A stretch of 60,957 nucleotides of DNA from a virus (taxonomy: Duplodnaviria > Caudoviricetes): positions 1 through 60,957 of IMG/VR virus record IMGVR_UViG_3300037785_000059; one strand, given 5' to 3'. The position numbers were made by a program, and so were the translations under genes. Positions within the stretch are counted from its first letter, which is position 1. Every line of letters starts with the position of its first letter. The notes under the pieces were generated by a model. The model had not been told where the DNA came from. It was given only the letters and a program-made list of their open reading frames with translations, and did not search any database. This document shows positions 8,327-15,916 of this stretch, one piece after another.

Positions 8327-8472
8327 TCCGGCCCCGCGCCCGCCAGCGCGCCCGCCAGGCGCGCCGCGACGCGGCGGCCGACGTGGTGGCGATTGCCGCC
8401 ATGATCGCGTTTACATATGGGGGGCTGCTGCTGGCCTTCGCGCTCGACGCGGGGGTGACAGCTGGACCTTGA
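8323..8472 (+). CDS. 49-aa basic/transmembrane peptide (MIRPRARQRARQARRDAAADVVAIAAMIAF...)
   Basis: ATGA-coupled; its TGA is the TTGA of the next -35; not in ORF track. Confidence 0.6.
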   Translation: MIRPRARQRARQARRDAAADVVAIAAMIAFTYGGLLLAFALDAGVTAGP

Positions 8473-8541
8473 CGCGGCCGCGGCCGTGACGATAGACAGG
8501 GGGCGGGCAATCCCGCCCCCTTTGCTTTGGAGAATCTCGAG

Positions 8542-8724
8542 ATGTATGTTTATCAATCCCAGTCCGGTCACTTTGAGGTTGCCGCATATACGTCAACGCG
8601 TTGTTGGCGTTTGCGCATGGCGGCGGTCAACGCCCCGTCTTTTAATACGCGCGCGGAGGCGGAAGCGTGGCGCGTTGAAACAGAAGCCCGGATCCGGGCC
8701 GAACAGTCGGGGGCGGTGGCATGA
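8542..8724 (+). CDS. Small hypothetical protein (cassette 5)
   Basis: ATG after TTTGGAGA; FNTRAEAEAW motif. Confidence 0.65.
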   Translation: MYVYQSQSGHFEVAAYTSTRCWRLRMAAVNAPSFNTRAEAEAWRVETEARIRAEQSGAVA

Positions 8725-8927
8725 CCGGCCCTGACTTCCGCCTTTCCTTCGATTGTCCCGATTGCGGTAAGCAATGGGGAGAAACGGCCCGAGTGCGGCG
8801 TGACGGCGAGTGTCCGCGGTGCGGCACGGTTTCGCGCTATACGCGGGCCCGCGCCCTAGCGCCCTGGCCCTGGCCTACCTCGCGCGCGCCCGAACGCCCC
8901 TATCCCCCGCCGCGCGTTTGGGATTGA
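8721..8927 (+). CDS. Zinc-ribbon protein
   Basis: CPDCG...CPRCG; ATGA-coupled; stop fused to next -35. Confidence 0.65.
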   Translation: MTGPDFRLSFDCPDCGKQWGETARVRRDGECPRCGTVSRYTRARALAPWPWPTSRAPERPYPPPRVWD

Positions 8928-8997
8928 CGCGGCCGCGGCCGCTATGTCATGAAGGGCGCGGGCGCAATCCCGCGCCCTTTGCTTTGGGAGGCCTTCC

Positions 8998-9315
8998 ATG
9001 AAATATGACATATTCAACGGGAACCCGCGCACCTTGACGCGCTTTGAGTTTTTCACCCTTCGCCGCGCCGCGCGTCGCAACCGCTGCAGCTATCGGTTCG
9101 GCCGGTTCTACATCGGTTCGGACGTCCGGCCTTGCGACGCCGCGGGCGCAATTGTTTACGGCCCCGCCCACAAGCTGCGCTGCGCGCAGTGGGCTCGCGC
9201 GCAGGCCGCCGCCGCTCGTGACGCCGAATCCCGCAGCCGTTGGATTCGCGGTGCCCGTGAGATTCTTTCCACGCCCTGCGCCCCTGTTGACTATTGGCGC
9301 GCGCGGTTCACCTGA
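8998..9315 (+). CDS. Basic hypothetical protein (cassette 6)
   Basis: ATG after TTTGGGAGG of the repeat element. Confidence 0.7.
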   Translation: MKYDIFNGNPRTLTRFEFFTLRRAARRNRCSYRFGRFYIGSDVRPCDAAGAIVYGPAHKLRCAQWARAQAAAARDAESRSRWIRGAREILSTPCAPVDYWRARFT

Positions 9316-9341
9316 CGCCCGCCGCCCCTACCGCGCCACCG

Positions 9342-9370
9342 CGCCCCGCCTTCACCGGCGGGGCGTTTTT
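9342..9370 (+). terminator. Intrinsic terminator (near-duplicate at about 9639-9667)
   Basis: CGCCCCGCC ttcacc GGCGGGGCG TTTTT. Confidence 0.75.
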
Positions 9371-9454
9371 CGTTTGGGATTGACGCGCCGCTAGGTGCGG
9401 CGCTATTAACGGGGCGGGCGCAATCCCGCGTCCCTACCGTTTGGAGCTTTACGC

Positions 9455-9613
9455 ATGACCACCTATTCTATCGTCTTCACCGAACGCGGCCGCCCCGTCC
9501 GGACCTGGACAGGCTATGCAACGTGGGCCGACGCCCGCCGCGCTATCGCCGACGCTGACCTGGTTATCCCCTTCCACTGGGATTGGACAATCGCCGAGGT
9601 GCGCCGCCCCTAA
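9455..9613 (+). CDS. 52-aa hypothetical protein (MTTYSIVFTERGRPVRTW..., cassette 7)
   Basis: Translated by hand; TTTGGAG RBS; not in ORF track. Confidence 0.65.
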   Translation: MTTYSIVFTERGRPVRTWTGYATWADARRAIADADLVIPFHWDWTIAEVRRP

Positions 9614-10244
9614 CGCCCGCCGCCACCGCCGCGCTACCGCGCCCTGCCCTACCCGGCGGGGCGTTTTCGTTTGCGCCCGTCTCGCCCGTTAAACCGGCCG
9701 CCCGCGGCCCGTCGCCTACGCCCCTAGACCTACCGGCCCGTGCTACGCGCCCGGCGGCCCGGATCCTGCGCGCCTCGCGCCCCGTTATGTCCGGCCGTGC
9801 ATAACGGTCGGCGCAGCCCGGCCCCCGCCCCGCGGGCCGAGATGTCCGTTAATCGGCCCCCGGCGCGCGCCCCTGGCGGCCCGATCCGCGGCCCGCGGCG
9901 GCCGGATCCGGGTGCGCGGTGCGGTGGTCCGGTGCCCGGATCGGATCCGGGTTTATGTCATCCGCGGCCCGTGATCCTGCAGGCGGTGGCGATGTTTCAC
10001 GGGCCGTCGGCCTGCAGTCGGCGTCGATGTTTCACGGGCTTGACGCCGAGGCCGGCGGCCCGCGGTGCGCGGTGCGCGCGTCATGGGGCCCCGGCGGCAA
10101 TTGAGGCTATCGGCGCGCAAGCCGTTGGAATCGTTGGGTTTTTCGCGCTGCATGGGCGGCGGTCCGGCGGACGGGCGCAAGGACCATGTTCGTCACAAAC
10201 AATCATCAGAAAAAAAGGTACCGGATTCTGGGGTCCGGATCGGA

Positions 10245-10260
10245 TGTTTCACGTGAAACA
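10245..10260. promoter_or_regulatory. parS: parS site (perfect chromosomal consensus)
   Basis: TGTTTCACGTGAAACA inside an 18-bp palindrome (10244-10261); half-sites TGTTTCAC at 9993 and 10028. Confidence 0.85.
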
Positions 10261-10438
10261 TCTATAAGAAATCCAATCCTCTGTCCGGGTCCCCTGCCCC
10301 GTGGGTATGATAAAAATTTTCAATGAAACAAGGCGGTTTCGTTCTAAATGTGCGAACCGAAACCCCTATCGCATATCTTTCGATACGTGCTATTCTCTGT
10401 GCAAAACGGCCCGAGGCCCTTATTTTTAAGGCCCGCGA

Positions 10439-10483
10439 ATGTGATCACATGGTGTGATCACACGCTCGGAGGATGTGATCACA
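10439..10483. promoter_or_regulatory. Three TGTGATCACA palindromes flanking the terL RBS
   Basis: Copies at 10440-10449, 10453-10462, 10474-10483; GGAGG at 10468-10472. Confidence 0.7.
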
Positions 10484-10484
10484 A

Positions 10485-12938
10485 ATGTCTATGCTGAACG
10501 AAGACCCGCAGGAGCGCCTGTTGAAGTTGGAGCTTCGGCTTGCGCAGCTTCAGATGAAGGAGAAGGTGCAGCAGGAATTCCTGCCGTTTGTGAAGCATGT
10601 CTGGCCTGAGTTCATTGCGGGGGAGCATCACCGGATCATTGCGGAGAAGTTGGAGCGTGTGGCGCGTGGTGATTTGAAGCGTTTGATCATCAACATGCCC
10701 CCGCGTCATCGACTGGCGTTGGACACGCCTGTTTTGACTGTGGCGGGTTGGAAGACGATAGGGACGGTCGAGGTCGGCGATTTTGTCTATGGCTCGGACG
10801 GTCTTCCGCAGCGCGTGGTGGGGAAGTCGGATGTGTACGAGGAGCCTCTGTACGAGGTGCGTACGGACGAGGGCGAGGTCTTTGTCACGGATGCGGAGCA
10901 TCGGTGGAAGGCGGTTCGGTCTGTGCGCGAGATGGTTGGCGGCGTCCGCGGCACGCGAACCGAGGAGGTTGTGGTGTCCACGCGGGACATTGCGGACTGT
11001 GTTCTGCGCGCGGACCGTGCGACGCGGCTCGTGGACCGTGCTGCGGTTCATCGGGAGGCTGTGGAGTTGCCTGTGGACCCGTATGTTTTGGGGGTCTGGT
11101 TGGGGGACGGGCACAAGGGTCAGGGGATTATTTCGAGCCCGGACGAGGACGCGGCGTTCCTTCGTGCGGAGCTTGAGCGGCGCGGGTATCGGACCACGGA
11201 TCAGGCAACGTCGATGACTTTTGGCGTGTTGGGGTTGAAGGTTCTGTTGCGGGATGCGTTGGGCGTTTTGGGGGACAAGCGCATTCCGGAAGAGTATCTT
11301 CTGGGGTCTGTCGAGCAGCGGCGAGCTTTGCTGCACGGTTTGATGGACACGGACGGGAACGTGATGGCGTCTGGGCAGTGTGTGTTTTCGCAGAGCGATT
11401 CGGGGCTCATTGAGTCGTTCCGGCGGCTGCTGTGGTCTTTGGGTATCAAGAACACAGTGATTTCGTATGTGCCTAAGCTGAACGGGGTTGAGCACAAGCG
11501 GGCGTACAAGGTGCATTTTTACGACGCCGATGCGGCGACGTTGCCGCGCAAGCGGGCGCGGTGCCGTGCGCCGAAGGGGTTTGGGTCGCGGATTTATGCC
11601 ACGGCGGAGCCTTTGGGGGTGTCGGGTCGTGTGCAGTGCATTCAGGTTGCGAACGCGGATCAGGTGTTTTTGGTGGGGCGGAGCTTGACCCCGACGATGA
11701 ATACCAAGAGCGAATTTGCATCTTTCCTGTTCCCGGCGTGGTTTATGGGCAAGTTCCCGAACAAGAAGATCATCCAGGCGACGCATACGACGGAGTTGGC
11801 GGTTGGTTTTGGTCGAAAAACGAAGAATTTGATCGAGCGGGATGATTACAAGGACGTGTTTGACGTCAAGTTGGCGGCGGACAGTAAGGCGTCTGGCCGG
11901 TGGGACACGGACCGTGGCGGGATGTATTACGCTGTTGGTGTGGGGTCGAACTTGGCGGGTCGTGGTGGTGATTTGATTATCATTGACGACCCTCATTCGG
12001 AGCAGACGTTGATGTCTGCGAATGGGTTTGACGATGCGTGGGATTGGTACACGGGGGGTCCGCGTCAGCGTTTGCAGCCGGGTGGTGCGATTGTTGTGGT
12101 TATGACGCGGTGGCATGAGAAGGATTTGACGGGACAGTTGATCCGTGCGCAGGCCCGTGATCCGTTGGCCGATCAGTGGGAGGTTGTGGAGCTTCCTGCG
12201 ATCATGCCGAGTGGGAACTCCTGTTGGCCGGAGTATTGGTCTTTGGAGGATATGGTGCGTGTTCGTGCGTCGATTCCTTCTGGCAAGTGGAATGCGCAGT
12301 ATCAGCAGAACCCGACGGGTGATGAGAACTCGATTTTGCGTCGGGATTGGTGGCAGATTTGGGAGAAGGGGAAGGTTCCGCCATTGGAGTATGTGATTCA
12401 GAGCTATGACACGGCGTTCTCGAAGCGGGAGACGGCGGATTATTCGGCGATCACGACGTGGGGTGTCTTTCGGCAGGATGAGGGTGGTCCGCCGTCGTTG
12501 ATGTTGTTGGATGCGAAGAAGGGTCGGTGGGATTTTCCGGAGCTCAAGCGTGAGGCGTGGTCTTTGTATCAGTTTTGGGAGCCTGAGACGGTGATCATTG
12601 AGGCGAAGGCGACGGGGATGCCGTTGACGCATGAGTTGCGGAACATGGGGATTCCTGTGGTGAATTTTACGCCGAGTCGGGGCAACGACAAGGTGAGCCG
12701 GGCGCACAGTATTGCTCCGTTGTTTGAGGCTGGGATGATTTGGGCTCCTGATGAGCAGTGGGCGCATGAGTTGATTGAGGAGTGTGCGGCGTTTCCGAAC
12801 GGGGAGTATGATGACTATGTGGACAGCACGACGCAGGCGTTGATGCGGTATCGTCAAGGCAATTTTGTGCAGTTGCCGACGGATGACTGGGATGAGGAGG
12901 AGGAGCGCAGCCCGCGGATTCGGGCGTATTATGGGTAG
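10485..12938 (+). CDS. terL: Terminase large subunit (intein-containing)
   Basis: INMPPRH|TKSE Walker A, LIIIDDPH Walker B, SYDTA and DDYVDSTTQA nuclease motifs. Confidence 0.95.
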   Translation: MSMLNEDPQERLLKLELRLAQLQMKEKVQQEFLPFVKHVWPEFIAGEHHRIIAEKLERVARGDLKRLIINMPPRHRLALDTPVLTVAGWKTIGTVEVGDFVYGSDGLPQRVVGKSDVYEEPLYEVRTDEGEVFVTDAEHRWKAVRSVREMVGGVRGTRTEEVVVSTRDIADCVLRADRATRLVDRAAVHREAVELPVDPYVLGVWLGDGHKGQGIISSPDEDAAFLRAELERRGYRTTDQATSMTFGVLGLKVLLRDALGVLGDKRIPEEYLLGSVEQRRALLHGLMDTDGNVMASGQCVFSQSDSGLIESFRRLLWSLGIKNTVISYVPKLNGVEHKRAYKVHFYDADAATLPRKRARCRAPKGFGSRIYATAEPLGVSGRVQCIQVANADQVFLVGRSLTPTMNTKSEFASFLFPAWFMGKFPNKKIIQATHTTELAVGFGRKTKNLIERDDYKDVFDVKLAADSKASGRWDTDRGGMYYAVGVGSNLAGRGGDLIIIDDPHSEQTLMSANGFDDAWDWYTGGPRQRLQPGGAIVVVMTRWHEKDLTGQLIRAQARDPLADQWEVVELPAIMPSGNSCWPEYWSLEDMVRVRASIPSGKWNAQYQQNPTGDENSILRRDWWQIWEKGKVPPLEYVIQSYDTAFSKRETADYSAITTWGVFRQDEGGPPSLMLLDAKKGRWDFPELKREAWSLYQFWEPETVIIEAKATGMPLTHELRNMGIPVVNFTPSRGNDKVSRAHSIAPLFEAGMIWAPDEQWAHELIEECAAFPNGEYDDYVDSTTQALMRYRQGNFVQLPTDDWDEEEERSPRIRAYYG
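10710..11702 (+). mobile_element. Class 3 intein with LAGLIDADG homing endonuclease (331 aa)
   Basis: Begins RLALDTP, DAEHRW (block B Trp), VQCIQV (block F Cys), PTMN|T end; LGVWLGDG and LHGLMDTDG. Confidence 0.9.
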
Positions 12939-13008
12939 GTGTTGAGGGGTTTTGGGTTATCGGGTAGGGTGGCGGTGATATTTTCTGCCATCTGGGGGCC
13001 TTTTTGCC

Positions 13009-15837
13009 ATGTCGATTGACGCGAACGATCCGAGGCGCGGCAGCTTTTCGACGGGGTCGTCTCGTCAGACGGCGGATGCGGCGAAGTCGAGTGCGAGCAA
13101 AGCGCGGAGTTCGTCCCCCTCTTTGTCGTCATCGTCTTCGACGCGCAGCAAGAGCCCTTCCGCGGCTTCCACGGCGTCTCGGTCGTCTTCGACCAGTAAG
13201 AGCAAGAGCACGCCCAGCGGCAACCAGGCGTTTGGGGATAAGGGCGGCAAGAGCGTAAGCAAGCCTTCTGGCGAGCAGGGTGCGAAGAAGACGCAGCAAT
13301 CTGCTATAGACAGTTTCTTTTCGTCAAAGCCCGCGATGACCAGCGGAGACGGGGGCGGCAAGTCCTTTTCGCCCTCATCCTCGTCTAAGAAAACGCAACA
13401 GCCCGTTGCGGCTCCGCCGCCTTCTGTTCCGAAGCAGCAGTTTTTGCAGCAGCCTTCGGCGGCGACGACGCCTCCGGGCTCTTGGCTTGACGACTACAAC
13501 GCCAACACGGGCAATTTCTTCACGAACCAGCCCTCGTATCTTGGGGCGTATCGGGCGGATTCGCCCGGCGACATGATGTTGCTGGACATGCTGATGCAGC
13601 AGTCCCTCCCGAACGCTGTCCCGGCTCCGATGGCCGTGGGCCCGCTGCAGGGCCCGAACCTGCCGACTCCCGAAGAGGAAACGTCGATTGCGAAGCGGTA
13701 TTTGACGCCGCAGAGCAATTTTGAGGCGGCGATGGGCCTGACGCCTCTGGGCTTTACGGCCCCGCAAGCGGCCCCTGCTCTGCCCGAGCGCAGCTTCATG
13801 GGCCCGGACACGATGGCCGACAGGGCGGTGACGGCCGCGGCGATGGCTCCGCAGTATACGATTGATGACTACATCTCGGCGGCCTCGGGTTCCGTACCGC
13901 GGCCCGCGGGCCTTGGCGGTTTGGGCGGCATGTCTGTTGCGGAGTTTAATGCGACGCTGCCGCTGGAGGCGTCGTTTTTGCCGCAGGGTTTTGGTCCGGA
14001 GGCGAGTCCTGTTCCGCAGATGCGGCCTGGCCCGGAGCCGACGCGTCCGGTGATGCGGCCGCCGCAACCTGTGGAAGATCTCGGTTTTTCTGAATTTGGG
14101 CGCGTGTACGGCCAGCCGATCACGCCGTACACGACGCGGTTTGACGCTCCGATTGCGCCGGGCGCGGAGGGGACGACGGCTTTGGGCGCGGTTCCGGGCG
14201 CTCCGCCGGTTCCTGTGGCGGGCGCTTTGCCGGGGAGCCAGTTGCCGCCGGCTCCTGTTTCGATGTCGGGGATGGCGAACCCGTTTTTGGAGGAGATCTT
14301 GCCGGGCAGTCCGGGCGCGATGGGCGCGGGGCCGCTTCAGCAGGGGGTTGGGGCGAGTAGGATTCCCCCTGATCTGGACACGTCCACGCCTGTGGCGGGC
14401 GATCTGCCTCTTGGGACGGATTATCAGAGCTATGCGCTGCCCGGCCCTGCGCCGGAAGCGATGATTTCGACGCCGCCGCTGTTTTTTGGCGGGTCGCTGA
14501 ACTCTGCGGCGGGGCAGGCCCCGGCTTTGGGCGCGGTGGATGACCGGTATGCGGCGTCGGTTCCGGGGTTTGCGCTGCCGGATCAGCCGCGGTCGTCCGC
14601 GCCGCAGGCGGGAATTGCGTCTTTGCCGGTCCCGGCGGGCGATTTTGCGGGTTCGCAGCCGTTTTTGGAGGAGATTTTGCCGGGCAGTCCCGGTGTCCGC
14701 GGCCTGAGCGTGATCCCGCAAGGCGTTCGCCCGAGCACGATCCCGCCTGATCTGGACACGTCCACGCCGGTGGAGGGCGACTTGCCGCTTCGGACGGACT
14801 ACGGCGAGCCGCGGCCCGCGGTCCGTGCTCCGTCTATGCAGGGGTCTGTTCCGGGCTTGGGCGCGTTTCCGGAGGGCGCTCCGTCGTCCGCGGCCCGCGT
14901 TCCGCCGAGTTTTGACGACGGTTTGAACATTGACGCCTTTGGGGCGTCGCCGTTTGGCGATGTTCCGGTGGAGGGCGATTTGCCGATGCGGTTGAGCACG
15001 GACCCCGGTTCGCGGCCCGCGGGACAGGCTTCGGCATCGCAGCCCACGGCGACTGAGGCGCTTGCCGCGTCCCGTGCGGACGAGCGGGCGCGGGTTTCGG
15101 AGGAGGCGCAGCGGCGGATTGCTGATATGCGGGAGGCCCGCGCGTCCAACCAGTATGGGTTTGAGGAGCGTCCTGCTCTGATCGGCGAGACGGATCTGGC
15201 CCAGGGCACGGGCTTGGGCGGCATGGGCTTGCAGGCGTCGTCGTCTTCGGCCTTGTCGGCGACCCCGGCGAACATTGCGGCGGATGCGGCGGCGGGTCAG
15301 AAGGGTATTGCGGAGGGGTCTTATATCCCTGTCATGGGCGGTCCGACGATTGGCGGGCAGCTTTTGGCGGCGGGGATCAACGCGGCGAACCCTCTGTTGC
15401 GGGGACAGGACAAGGGCGACGGGTTCTTGAGCCGGATTACGGGCGGTCGGCCGCTGTTTGGCGAGAACGGGATCATTCCGCCGAGCGATCCGTTTACGAT
15501 TGAGGACTTTATGGCGTCGCAAGCGGCGATGGAGGAAGAGGGCGCGGATCGGCGGATTGCGGAGTCGCCGTTTGATCCGGGGTCCTCCGAGTTTGGCGAT
15601 GTGACGGGCGGCGGCACGACGGACACGTCAGACACGGCGGATTCGGGCTTGAGCGTGGGCCAATATGGCGACCTTGGGTACACCGAGGCTCCGCCTGTGA
15701 CGCTTCCGAGTGGGTATTCGATGTCGCTTGAGGATTATCTGGCGCTGTTGGCGCGGATGCCGGGCGGCGCGCAGTCCGCGGGCCGCGGCCTGTTGTCGGT
15801 GACGCCGTTGAATCTTGGGATTGGGTCTCTGGCGTGA
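13009..15837 (+). CDS. Large Pro/Ser/Gly-rich putative internal virion protein
   Basis: 942-aa ORF between terL and portal; internal repeat PFLEEILPGSPG...IPPDLDTSTPVxGDLPL twice. Confidence 0.8.
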   Translation: MSIDANDPRRGSFSTGSSRQTADAAKSSASKARSSSPSLSSSSSTRSKSPSAASTASRSSSTSKSKSTPSGNQAFGDKGGKSVSKPSGEQGAKKTQQSAIDSFFSSKPAMTSGDGGGKSFSPSSSSKKTQQPVAAPPPSVPKQQFLQQPSAATTPPGSWLDDYNANTGNFFTNQPSYLGAYRADSPGDMMLLDMLMQQSLPNAVPAPMAVGPLQGPNLPTPEEETSIAKRYLTPQSNFEAAMGLTPLGFTAPQAAPALPERSFMGPDTMADRAVTAAAMAPQYTIDDYISAASGSVPRPAGLGGLGGMSVAEFNATLPLEASFLPQGFGPEASPVPQMRPGPEPTRPVMRPPQPVEDLGFSEFGRVYGQPITPYTTRFDAPIAPGAEGTTALGAVPGAPPVPVAGALPGSQLPPAPVSMSGMANPFLEEILPGSPGAMGAGPLQQGVGASRIPPDLDTSTPVAGDLPLGTDYQSYALPGPAPEAMISTPPLFFGGSLNSAAGQAPALGAVDDRYAASVPGFALPDQPRSSAPQAGIASLPVPAGDFAGSQPFLEEILPGSPGVRGLSVIPQGVRPSTIPPDLDTSTPVEGDLPLRTDYGEPRPAVRAPSMQGSVPGLGAFPEGAPSSAARVPPSFDDGLNIDAFGASPFGDVPVEGDLPMRLSTDPGSRPAGQASASQPTATEALAASRADERARVSEEAQRRIADMREARASNQYGFEERPALIGETDLAQGTGLGGMGLQASSSSALSATPANIAADAAAGQKGIAEGSYIPVMGGPTIGGQLLAAGINAANPLLRGQDKGDGFLSRITGGRPLFGENGIIPPSDPFTIEDFMASQAAMEEEGADRRIAESPFDPGSSEFGDVTGGGTTDTSDTADSGLSVGQYGDLGYTEAPPVTLPSGYSMSLEDYLALLARMPGGAQSAGRGLLSVTPLNLGIGSLA

Positions 15838-15916
15838 GGCCGTGCCGACGCTAGGCAAGCCCTGTTTTGCATGGTAGGTTTGTGGAAACCCGGCGTTTTG
15901 CCGGCAGGAGGATTTT

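Larger units (their letters stand above)
6090..9454 (+). repeat. Seven ~70-75-bp promoter-hairpin-RBS junction elements (starts 6090, 6696, 7404, 7989, 8469, 8924, 9380)
   Basis: TTGACG, -10-like box about 16-18 bp later, GGG(CG)CAATCCCGC core, then (TT)TGGAG RBS, before each cassette gene. Confidence 0.9.

Noticed and set aside
6090-9454. CRISPR array or classical integron
   Set aside because: Spacers are whole genes of variable length, no cas or tyrosine integrase was recognised, and the repeats contain promoter/RBS features rather than attC GTTRRRY boxes
9583-10267. ORFs of 73-175 aa upstream of terL
   Set aside because: Low-complexity translations of repeat-rich DNA; the terminal MFHVKH is simply the parS palindrome
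10440-10483. Canonical CRP/FNR site
   Set aside because: Half-sites abut with no 6-bp (CRP) or 4-bp (FNR) spacer
10479-12857. Long antisense ORFs (also 13375-15522, 16808-18367, 31409-34234, 43290-44852, 45668-47011)
   Set aside because: Shadow frames of well-supported genes in high-GC DNA; Arg/His/Pro-rich with no motifs or RBS
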